A stretch of 64,000 nt of DNA from Tubiluchus corallicola (taxonomy: Eukaryota; Animalia; Priapulida). The stretch lies in assembly GCA_030141605.1 (NCBI GenBank), contig JAQGDQ010000401.1, positions 62,001-126,000 of the forward strand, given 5' to 3'. Position numbers and translations under genes: made by a program. The notes under the pieces were generated by a model that had not been told where the DNA came from, ran no database searches, and was given only the letters and a program-made list of their open reading frames with translations. Shown one piece after another: positions 12,601 to 24,600 of the stretch (position 1 is its first letter; every line of letters starts with the position of its first letter).

Positions 12601-15600
12601 ACCCCTCAAGCCCCTCGTGTTCAACAAAAACTGGTACAATTTTTTTTGTCAATATCTCGCCTAATAAGCCTCAGATCTTCAAATTGTTTTGTGATAAGAT
12701 GCATCGTTATACTAAGAATAATTTTTTTGCCCAAAAATTGACTTACTACATTTCGCGTGAAGACAGGAAAATTATACCTGTTAAAGGGATCTACTGCACT
12801 GATATGCTGTTGTGGTTTGTTTCGGTCTATGTTGTTAGATAGTTACCTAGGCACTGTACTAGGTTTGGAGAATTATTTTCTAAACCAGAAATACACTCTG
12901 TAATAGACAAACGTTATAGACAGAGTCTATTTCCAGCTTATGAATAAAGATAATAGGCAGCAACTCAACTGCATAGCAATTAGGAGAGCAAGGGGAGCAA
13001 CCACTCCTCTCGAGCAATTTTTCGAAATTGGCACCTAGCTGCCTCCAACATGCCTCCCCTGTTTTTGAAATGAATGTGGATTTATGCAACTCATTTGTCA
13101 AGGTTGACTGATTGAACCAAGGATCAAATTGCCCACATCCAGTTTGGGCTTCAAAATAAACAATGGGTAAAATAAAATACCTAATAAACAGTGAATTCAA
13201 TGAAGCCATGTAAAGTTTAGAATTACTTGCACATTGCAGATTTAAATGAATGTGATGTCAACAATCCAACTCACAACTGTGATCCTGATCTTGCCATTTG
13301 CTTGAACGCTGAGGGAAGTTTTTCTTGTCAGTGCCTTAATGGGACAGTTGACCTGAATGAAGCAAACACTCCAGGGACCGTCTGCTCAGGTAAAAGACAA
13401 GTATTATTTTGTTATGGTGTTTGCGTATTGTAGCTCAAGACTGGATTGTATAGAGTAAAGTCTCGAACTGACACAAACAATGAACTGTAGTCTTCATGAA
13501 GAACACTTCAGCAGAGAAAATTATTTCTTTGCTAGTCCAAAACAAAGTACAATATCAATAAAGTTTCACTTCATGTAGAATTGCAGAGTATAGCATAGTT
13601 GTCTCTATTTTGCCTCTTCTGTCTGTTCTCTGCTTCACCTCTTTTTTTCAGTTCCCTGAACAGCAGCCCATGCTGTTGTAAAAGTAACAATTTTAACAGC
13701 TAGTTAGAACCTTACCTTGTTCATTTTTTCTTGTTCCGAAGCAAGATACTGCTAGTAAATCACTCTAGTATGCACAGACTAATGCATAATTAAGTAACGT
13801 CCACTTAAAACAACTGAAAATACTGAACTGGTTCACCACTGGGTTAGCTTTACCCACATGTGACGTGATGGTTTTAGTTAAGCCACGTTGCTACTGTATG
13901 TTACATGTGTTAGTACACGTATGCCGCATCACAGCTGAAGTACATCTGAACTGAGAGTGTCTCTTTTTATGCAATGCATTTCCGGGATGGAGGTGCTAAT
14001 GCCCACCTAACTAGTGAATGACAAGATACATGTAACAGCAAAGAATAAGACGTACGAACATGAAATTGCATTTGTGTGGCAATAATTCTTTTATGTAAAT
14101 CATTCTCTAAAAACAGTATGTTCCTTTTCTCTGTTTTATGAGACAGATTTTTTTCGATACAGTTTAAGATTGGGCCCAGTTTTCCTTTTAATGAATCACA
14201 GTAACATTTAAATATGCATCAAAAGTTGCTTTACTATTCAGTAAAACAAAGAAAGAAAGTAGTTTTTAAATTAATGGACTTACTAGGTTGTAAATGAAAG
14301 TTTGCATCTCCATTGTGTACTGCTTGTTTTCAGAAAGCAGGACTTTTTAGATTCCTACTTGTGTTCAACTGAGAACTGTACTGTTCAACCCCTCAAGCCC
14401 CTCGTGTTCAACAAAAACTGGTGCAATTGTAAGATCATAAATACAGTATTTTAGCTTCACCTGTAAATGGTTGGCTAGCCTATCTAGCTATTCACCTGTA
14501 AAGCATCTGGTGATTGGCTGAATTGGATGCTTCTGTGGACTTATTAGGTTTATCTGAAATTTTCAGCAAAAAACTGATTTACTAGGTTTTTATTTGTCAA
14601 TATCTCGCCTAATAAGCCTCTGATCTTCAAATTGTTTTGTGATAAGATGCATCGTTATACTAAGAATAATTTTTTTGCCCAAAAATTGACTTACTACATT
14701 TCGCGTGAAGATAGGAGAAATATACCTGTTAAAGGGATCTACTGCACTGATATGCTGTTGTGGTTTGTTTCGGTCTATGTTGTTAGATAGTTACCTAGGC
14801 ACTGTACTAGGTTTGGAGAATTATTTTCTAAACCAGAAATACACTCTGTAATAGACAAACGTTGTTATAGACAGAGTCTATTTCCAGCTTATGAATAAAG
14901 ATAATAGGCAGCAACTCAACTGCATAGCAAATAGGAAAGCAAGGGGAGCAACCACTCCTCTCGGGAATTTTTCAAAATTGGCACCTAGCTGCCTCCAACA
15001 TGCCTCCCCTGTTTTTGAAATGAATGTGGATTTATGCAACTCATTTGTCAAGGTTGACTGATTGAACCAAGGATCAAATTTCCCAAATCCAATTTGGGCT
15101 TCAAAATAAACAATGGGTAAAAAAATACCTAATAAACAGTGAATTCAATGAAGCCATGTAAAGTTTAGAATTACTTGCACATTGCAGATTTAAATGAATG
15201 TGATGTCAACAATCCAACTCACAACTGCGATCCTGATCTTGCCATTTGCTTGAACGTTGAGGGAAGTTTTTCTTGTCAGTGCCTTAATGGGACAGTTGAC
15301 CTGAATGAAGCAAACACTCCAGGGACCGTCTGCTCTGGTAAAAGACAAGTATTATTTTGTTATGGTGTTTGCGTATTGTAGCTCAGGACTGGATTGTATA
15401 GAGTGAAGTCTCGAACTGACACAAACAATGAACTGTAGTCTTCATGAAGAACAAACACTTCAGCAGAGAAAATTATTTCTTTGCTAGTCCAAAACAAAGT
15501 ACAATATCAATAAAGTTTCACTTCATGTGGAATTGCAGAGTATAGCATAGTTGTCTCTATTTTGCCTCTTCTGTCTGTTCTCTGCTTCACCTCTTTTTTT

Positions 15601-18600
15601 TAGTTCCCTGAACAGCAGCCCATGCTGTTGTAAAAGTAACAATTTTAAAAGCTAGTTAGAACCTTACCTTGTTCATTTTTTCTTGTTCCGAAGCAAGATA
15701 CTGCTAGTAAATCACTCTAGTATGCACAGACTAATGCATAATTAAGTAACGTCCACTTAAAACAACTGAAAATACTGAACTGGTTCACCACTGGGTTAGC
15801 TTTACCCACATGTGACGTGATGGTTGTAGTTAAGCCACGTTGCTACTGTATGTTACATGTGTTAGTACACGTATGCCGCATCACAGCTGAAGTACATCTG
15901 AACTGAGAGTGCCTCTTTTTATGCAATGCATTTCCGGGATGGAGGTGCTAATGCCCACCTAACTAGTGAATGACAAGATACATGTAACAGTAAAGAATAA
16001 GACGTACGAACATGAAATTGCATTTTTGTGGCAATAATTCTTTTATGTAAATCATTCTCTAAAAACAGTATGTTCCTTTTCACTGTTTTATGAGACAGAT
16101 TTTTTTCGATACAGTTTAAGATTGGGCCCAGTTTTCCTTTTAATGAATCACAGTAACATTTAAATATGCATCAAAAGTTGCTTTACTATTCAATAAAACA
16201 AAGAAAGAAAGTAGTTTTTAAATTAATGGACTTACCAGGTTCTAAATGAAAATTTGCGTCTCCATTGTGTACTGCTTGTTTTCAGAAAGCAGGACTTTTT
16301 AGATTCCTACTTGTGTTCAACTGAGAAAGACTTGCCAATCGCGCTATTCCTTTGCCAGGCACTGTACGGTTTAACCCCTCAAGCCCCTCGTGTTCAACAA
16401 AAACTGGTGCAATATTTATTTGTCAATATCTCGCCTAATAAGCCTCAGATCTTCAAATTGTTTTGTGATAAGATGCATCGTTATACTAAGAATAATTTTT
16501 TTGCCCAAAAATTGACTTACTACATTTCGCTTGAAGATAGGAGAAATATACCTGTTAAAGGGATCTACTGCACTGATATGCTGTTGTGGTTTATTTCGGT
16601 CTATGTTGTTAGATAGTTGCCTAGGCACTGTACTAGGTTTGGAGAATTATTTTCTAAACCAGAAATACACTCTGTAATAGACAAACGTTATAGACAGAGT
16701 CTATTTCCAGCTTATGAATAAAGATAATAGGCAGCAACTCAACTGCATAGCAAATAGGAAAGCAAGGGTAGCAACCACTCCTCTCGAGCAATTTTTCAAA
16801 ATTGGCACCTAGCTGCCTCCAACATGCCTCCCCTGTTTTTGAAATGAATGTGGATTTATGCAACACATTTGTCAAGGTTGACTGATTGAACCAAGGATCA
16901 AATTGCCCAAATCCAATTTGGGCTTCAAAATAAACAATGGGTAAAATAAAATACCTAATAAACAGTGAATTCAATGAAGCCATGTAAAGTTTAGAATTAC
17001 TTGCACATTGCAGATTTAAATGAATGTGATGTCAACAATCCAACTCACAACTGCGATCCTGATCTTGCCATTTGCTTGAACGTTGAGGGGAGTTTTTCTT
17101 GTCAGTGCCTTAACGGGACAGTTGACCTGAATGAAGCAAACACTCCAGGGACCGTCTGCTCAGGTAAAAGACAAGTATTATTTTGTTATGGTGTTTGCGT
17201 ATTGTAGCTCAGGACTGGATTGTATAGAGTGAAGTCTCGAACTGACACAAACAATGAACTGTAGTCTTCATGAAGAACACTTCAGCAGAGAAAATTATTT
17301 CTTTGCTAGTCTAAAACAAAGTACAATATCAATAAAGTTTCACTTCATATAGAATTGCAGAGTATAGCATAGTTGTCTCTATTTTGCCTCTTCTGTCTGT
17401 TCTCTGCTTCACCTCTTTTTTTCAGTTCCCTGAACAGCAGCCCATGCTGTTGTAAAAGTAACAATTTTAACAGCTAGTTAGAATCTTACCTTGTTCATTT
17501 TTTCTTGTTCCGAAGCAAGATACTGCTAGTAAATCACTCTAGTATGCACAGACTAATGCATAATTAAGTAACGTCTACTTAAAACAACTGAAAATACTGA
17601 ACTGGTTCACCACTGGGTTAGCTTTACCCACATGTGACGTGATGGTTGTAGTTAAGCCACGTTGCTACTGTATGTTACATGTGTTAGTACACGTATGCCG
17701 CATCACAGCTGAAGTACATCTGAACTGAGAGTGCCTCTTTTTATGCAATGCATTTCCGGGATGGAGGTGCTAATGCCCACCTAACTAGTGAATGACAAGA
17801 TACATGTAACAGTAAAGAATAAGACGTACGAACATGAAATTGCACTTTTGTGGCAATAATTCTTTTATGTAAATCATTCTCTAAAAACAGTATGTTCCTT
17901 TTTACTGTTTTATGAGACAGATTTTTTTCGATACAGTTTAAGATTGGGCCCAGTTTTCCTTTTAATGAATCACAGTAACATTTAAATATGCATCAAAAGT
18001 TGCTTTACTATTCAATAAAACAAAGAAAGAAAGTAGTTTTTAAATTAATGGACTTACCAGGTTCTAAATGAAAATTTGCGTCTCCATTGTGTACTGCTTG
18101 TTTTCAGAAAGCAGGACTTTTTAGATTCCTACTTGTGTTCAACTGAGAAAGACTTGCCAATCGCGCTATTCCTTTGCCAGGCACTGTACGGTTTAACCCC
18201 TCAAGCCCCTCGTGTTCAACAAAAACTGGTGCAATATTTATTTGTCAATATCTCGCCTAATAAGCCTCAGATCTTCAAATTGTTTTGTGATAAGATGCAT
18301 CGTTATACTAAGAATAATTTTTTTGCCCAAAAATTGACTTACTACATTTCGCTTGAAGATAGGAGAAATATACCTGTTAAAGGGATCTACTGCACTGATA
18401 TGCTGTTGTGGTTTATTTCGGTCTATGTTGTTAGATAGTTGCCTAGGCACTGTACTAGGTTTAGAGAATTATTTTCTAAACCAGAAATACACTCTGTAAT
18501 AGACAAACGTTATAGACAGAGTCTATTTCCAGCTTATGAATAAAGATAATAGGCAGCAACTCAACTGCATAGCAAATAGGAAAGCAAGGGTAGCAACCAC

Positions 18601-21600
18601 TCCTCTCGAGCAATTTTTCAAAATTGGCACCTAGCTGCCTCCAACATGCCTCCCCTGTTTTTGAAATGAATGTGGATTTATGCAACACATTTGTCAAGGT
18701 TGACTGATTGAACCAAGGATCAAATTGCCCAAATCCAATTTGGGCTTCAAAATAAACAATGGGTAAAATAAAATACCTAATAAACAGTGAATTCAATGAA
18801 GCCATGTAAAGTTTAGAATTACTTGCACATTGCAGATTTAAATGAATGTGATGTCAACAATCCAACTCACAACTGCGATCCTGATCTTGCCATTTGCTTG
18901 AACGTTGAGGGGAGTTTTTCTTGTCAGTGCCTTAACGGGACAGTTGACCTGAATGAAGCAAACACTCCAGGGACCGTCTGCTCAGGTAAAAGACAAGTAT
19001 TATTTTGTTATGGTGTTTGCGTATTGTAGCTCAGGACTGGATTGTATAGAGTGAAGTCTCGAACTGACACAAACAATGAACTGTAGTCTTCATGAAGAAC
19101 ACTTCAGCAGAGAAAATTATTTCTTTGCTAGTCTAAAACAAAGTACAATATCAATAAAGTTTCACTTCATATAGAATTGCAGAGTATAGCATAGTTGTCT
19201 CTATTTTGCCTCTTCTGTCTGTTCTCTGCTTCACCTCTTTTTTTCAGTTCCCTGAACAGCAGCCCATGCTGTTGTAAAAGTAACAATTTTAACAGCTAGT
19301 TAGAATCTTACCTTGTTCATTTTTTCTTGTTCCGAAGCAAGATACTGCTAGTAAATCACTCTAGTATGCACAGACTAATGCATAATTAAGTAACGTCTAC
19401 TTAAAACAACTGAAAATACTGAACTGGTTCACCACTGGGTTAGCTTTACCCACATGTGACGTGATGGTTGTAGTTAAGCCACGTTGCTACTGTATGTTTG
19501 TATGTTACATGTGTTAGTACACGTATGCCGCATCACAGCTGAAGTACATCTGAACTGAGAGTGCCTCTTTTTATGCAATGCATTTCCGGGATGGAGGTGC
19601 TAATGCCCACCTAACTAGTGAATGACAAGATACATGTAACAGTAAAGAATAAGACGTACGAACATGAAATTGCATTTGTGTGGCAATAATTCTTTTATGT
19701 AAATCATTCTCTAAAAACAGTATGTTCCTTTTCACTGTTTTATGAGACAGATTTTTTTCGATACAGTTTAAGATTGGGCCTTCCTTTTAATGAATCACAG
19801 TAACATTTAAATATGCATCAAAAGTTGCTTTACTATTCAGTAAAACAAAGAAAGAAAGTAGTTTTTAAATTAATGGACTTACTAGGTTGTAAATGAAAGT
19901 TTGCATCTCCATTGTGTACTGCTTGTTTTCAGAAAGCAGGACTTTTTAGATTCCTACTTGTGTTCAACTGAGAAAGACTTGCTAATCACGCTATTCCTTT
20001 GCCAGGCACTGTACTGTTTAACCCCTCAAGCCCCTCGTGTTCAACAAAAACTGGTGCAATTGCAAGATCATAAATACAGTATTTTAGCGTCACCTGTAAA
20101 TGGTTGGCTAGCCTATCTAGCTATTCACCTGTAAAGCATCTGGTGATTGGCTGAATTGGATGCTTCTGTGGACTTATTAGGTTTATCTGAAATTTTCAGC
20201 AAAAAACTGATTTACTAGGTTTTTATTTGTCAATATCTCTCCTAATAAGCCTCTGATCTTCAAATTGTTTTGTGATAAGATGCATCGTTATACTAAGAAT
20301 AATTTTTTTGCCCAAAAATTGACTTACTACATTTCGCGTGAAGATAGGAGAAATATACCTGTTAAAGGGATCTACTGCACTGATATGCTGTTGTGGTTTG
20401 TTTCGGTCTATGTTGTTAGATAGTTACCTAGGCACTGTACTAGGTTTGGAGAATTATTTTCTAAACCAGAAATACACTCTGTAATAGACAAACGTTGTTA
20501 TAGACAGAGTCTATTTCCAGCTTATGAATAAAGATAATAGGCAGCAACTCAACTGCATAGCAAATAGGAAAGCAAGGGGAGCAACCACTCCTCTCGGGAA
20601 TTTTTCAAAATTGGCACCTAGCTGCCTCCAACATGCCTCCCCTGTTTTTGAAATGAATGTGGATTTATGCAACTCATTTGTCAAGGTTGACTGATTGAAC
20701 CAAGGATCAAATTTCCCAAATCCAATTTGGGCTTCAAAATAAACAATAGGTAAAAAATACCTAATAAACAGTGAATTCAATGAAGCCATGTAAAGTTTAG
20801 AATTACTTGCACATTGCAGATTTAAATGAATGTGATGTCAACAATCCAACTCACAACTGTGATCCTGATCTTGCCATTTGCTTGAACGCTGAGGGAAGTT
20901 TTTCTTGTCAGTGCCTTAATGGGACAGTTGACCTGAATGAAGCAAACACTCCAGGGACCGTCTGCTCAGGTAAAAGACAAGTATTATTTTGTTATGGTGT
21001 TTGCGTATTGTAGCTCAGGACTGGATTGTATAGAGTGAAGTCTCAAACTGACACAAACAATGAACTGCAGTCTTCATGAAGAACACTTCAGCAGAGAAAA
21101 TTACTTCTTTGCTAGTCTAAAACAAAGTACAATATCAATAAAGTTTCACTTCATGTAGAATTGCAGAGTATAGCATAGTTGTCTCTATTTTGCCTCTTCT
21201 GTCTGTTCTCTGCTTCACCTCTTTTTTTCTGTTCCCTGAGCAGCAGCCCATGCTGTTGTAAAAGTAACAATTTTAACAGCTAGTTAGAACCTTACCTTGT
21301 TCATTTTTTCTTGTTCCGAAGCAAGATACTGCTAGTAAATCACTCTAGTATGCACAGACTAATGCATAATTAAGTAACGTCCACTTAAAACAACTGAAAA
21401 TACTGAACTGGTTCACCACTGGGTTGGCTTTACCCACATGTCATGTAATGGTTGTAGTCAAGCTTCGTTGCTGGGGTATGTTACATGTGTTAGTACACGT
21501 ATGCCGCATCACAGCTGAAGTACATCTGAACTGAGAGGTACAGTGCCTCTTTTTATGCAATGCATTTCCGGGATGGAGGTGCTAATGTCCACCTAACTAG

Positions 21601-24600
21601 TGAATGACAAGATACATATAACAGCAAAGAATAAGACATACGAACTTGAAATTGCATTTGTGTGGTAATAATTCTTTTATGTAAATCATTCTCTAAAAAC
21701 AGTATGTTCCTTTTCACTGTTTTATGGGACAGATTTTTTTCGATACAGTTTAAGATTGGGCCCAGTTTTCCTTTTAATGAATCACAGTAACATTTGAATA
21801 TGCATCAAAAGTTGCTTTACTATTCAGTAAAACAAAGAAAGAAAGTACCGTATTTTCCCATGTATAAGAGACCATTTTTTGCCTAGAATTTTCACTTTAA
21901 AAATAGGGGGTCTCTTATACATGGGAGTAAGTCTTTTGAATAAGATGGGTCCTCAAGGCATGGAATGGTGTAAAGCCAGAGGTCATTATTAAATCTTTCA
22001 AGAAGTGTGGCATCTCCAATGCCATGGATGGCACAGAGGACAATGCCATTTTTGAGCAGAGTGACTCCTCTGATGATGAACTGGCTGGAATTGCTGAAGG
22101 TCTGACTCCAGTTGATATTTTTGATGAGAGTGATGAGGAATTTAATGATTTCTATGATGAATAAAGTTATTCATTAGCAAAAAACTTTTTTCCAGAATTT
22201 TTGCCTAAAAATTGAAGGGGTCTCCTATACACAAGGGTCTCTTATACATGGGAAAATACGGTAGTTTTTAAATTAATGGACTTACCAGGTTGTAAATGAA
22301 AGTTTGCGTCTCCATTGTGTACTGCTTGTTTTCAGAAAGCAGGACTTTTTAGATTCCTACTTGTGTTCAACTGAGAAAGACTTTCCAATCATGCTATTCC
22401 TTTGCCAGGCACTGTACTGTTTAACCCCTCAAACCCCTCATGTTCAACAAAAACTGGTGCAATTGTAAGATCATAAATACAGTATTTTAGCTTCACCTGT
22501 AAATGGTTGGCTGAGACAGGCTTGCCAATCACGCTAATAGTAACAATTTTAACAGCTAGTTAGAACCTTACCTTGTTCATTTTTTCGTGTTCCGAAGCAA
22601 GGTACTGCTGGTAAGTCACTCTACTAGTATGCCCAGACTAATGCATAATTAAGTAACGTCCACTTAAAATAACTGAAATTACTGAACTGGTGCAGCAGCC
22701 GGGTTAGCTTTACCCACATGTCAGGTGATGGTTGTAGTTAAACCACATTGCTGCGGTACAATTAACCTTTGACCTACAGCAACTGCGCGTGTGCACAACG
22801 AAACTGCCAAAAGGCTTATTTCTAAGATCTGAATTTTATAGTACATTGTTTATACATAAAATTATTAGCTTTGCTGTAATGAAATATATGATTTTATGGG
22901 CCCTTTTTAACAAGGAAACTGGATGGAGTATAACCCCTGCAGGCTCTTTCTCTCACCCCCGCCAGTTTCTGTGCTTTTGTCATAGTGTCATAATTGACCT
23001 TTATAACTTTCAGATTTTATTTAGAAAGTCTTTACTATTAGATACCATCAAAATGCCCCGTAATACAGCAGAGATGCAAAGAAATTTTTTTTGAACATTA
23101 TCTGTAATGAAATGATTCTCATTAAATTATCTTTTAAGATAAACTGTGTCTTATTGTACTTCAGCAGAGTGCTGAATGTGGGATCTTGATGTGTAGTATA
23201 TATGGCATGCTTACTGAGCCTTATAAGACATTCGTTGTGCTTAATTTTGTTTTGAATAATATGAAAACTTGTGTTAATTGAGAGCTGATGTATTTAATGG
23301 AAAATAATTTTTTCCTTAATAGTCACATTTACCGTGAAATCCTGTTTGTTGTTCTTATCAAGATAGTGAGGATGGATTTTTACCTACAGGCACAATCATG
23401 AACTTTGTTTGTGAGGAAAATACTGAAAACAATACGTCGTTCTGAAAATCGGATTCCAAATCACTTACAACATTTTAATCTTTTCATGTTAAAGTAAAAG
23501 GCAACGTCAAATCTGTAATTGTAGTAACTGATGAGCTGAAACTCTGCTTGCAGATATAAACGAATGTGATGTCAGTAATTCAAGCCATGATTGTGATCCT
23601 GTGCTTGCTAACTGTGTAAACACAGTTGGAAGTTTCACCTGTGAACTTATTGACACAACAACTGATGCAAGTGGATCAAGTAATACAGGTACCAATTTAT
23701 CATATCCAAAAGGACACTTGGAAAGATATGAACAGCCGTAAAAAAGTTGACATTGTTTTTTTTTGGAAATAGAATTAAGATTGTTTCTTCGTGCCGCTGC
23801 ACTTTTGGTGACCACCTTGAATTTTTCGTGTGTTCATCAGAAATGAACTCTTTAATATTCAAAGCCTATGTCAGAACACAAAAATTATGATTTTTTTTCT
23901 ATAATATTTTGCACTGTATTTTTATTGGTCGGCCTGTAGCAGACGTCATAGATTTCAATAAATCATTCATTAACCTTGGAAACCCATGAAACTCTAGACT
24001 CCGATATCATCGTCCTATCTGCTTGAATACCTAAGATAGGGTCTGTGAAGTCTGTGAAGTTATTACTTCTTCTTTTGCAGTAACATCTAGGCACTGGTGA
24101 GGTTATATTTCATGGCTTTTTTTATCGCTTCAATTATTTATGGGCAAAATAAGAAACAAATACTACCATTCACTCTAAGGTGACTTTATGTTAAGAAACA
24201 AATACTACCATTCACTCTAAGGTGACTTTATGTTAAGAAACAAATACTACCATTCACTCTAAGGTGACTTTATGTTGTTATGGCAAACCAGCAAACAAAT
24301 TTTATTCCTGCATTGAAGCTTCAATGTAGCCATAGATTCGCTTCAGTGTATGATCAGTTCTTGGTCTTATATTTCTTTTGTCCTACTAACTGATTATGTA
24401 TTGTTTCTGGATGACAATTATTATACTTGTGGCATGGCAAACCGTCGTAAAAGTTACTTCAAATAGTACTCCAGGTAGGTTAGTAGAGAAACTTTACGCA
24501 TTTATGTATTTATTTTTACATAAATGCTATCTGCTTACCTGTATGTTGGCAGACGAAGTTCACTCATTAAAAGGAAAAATTTACGTATAGCTGCCAGACT

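Larger units (their letters stand above)
12570..22780. repeat. Tandem array of ~1.8-2.0 kb intron+EGF-exon units (5 exons; spacings 1948, 1826, 1822, 1984 bp)
   Basis: Near-identical intron and exon sequence repeated; visible as recurring ORFs in the track. Confidence 0.95.

Noticed and set aside
12880-20789. Recurring 92-120 aa ORFs (MASLNSLF..., MRLHCVLL...) as a gene family
   Set aside because: They recur only because the intron is tandemly duplicated; frames break between copies and there are no domain motifs.
23507-23815. Minus-strand ORFs over exons (also 12186, 25128, 29098, 47612)
   Set aside because: Antisense shadows of the + strand coding exons.
24150-24275. 42-bp repeats as a CRISPR array or coding repeat
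   Set aside because: Perfect head-to-tail duplication, no spacers, no splice-bounded ORF.
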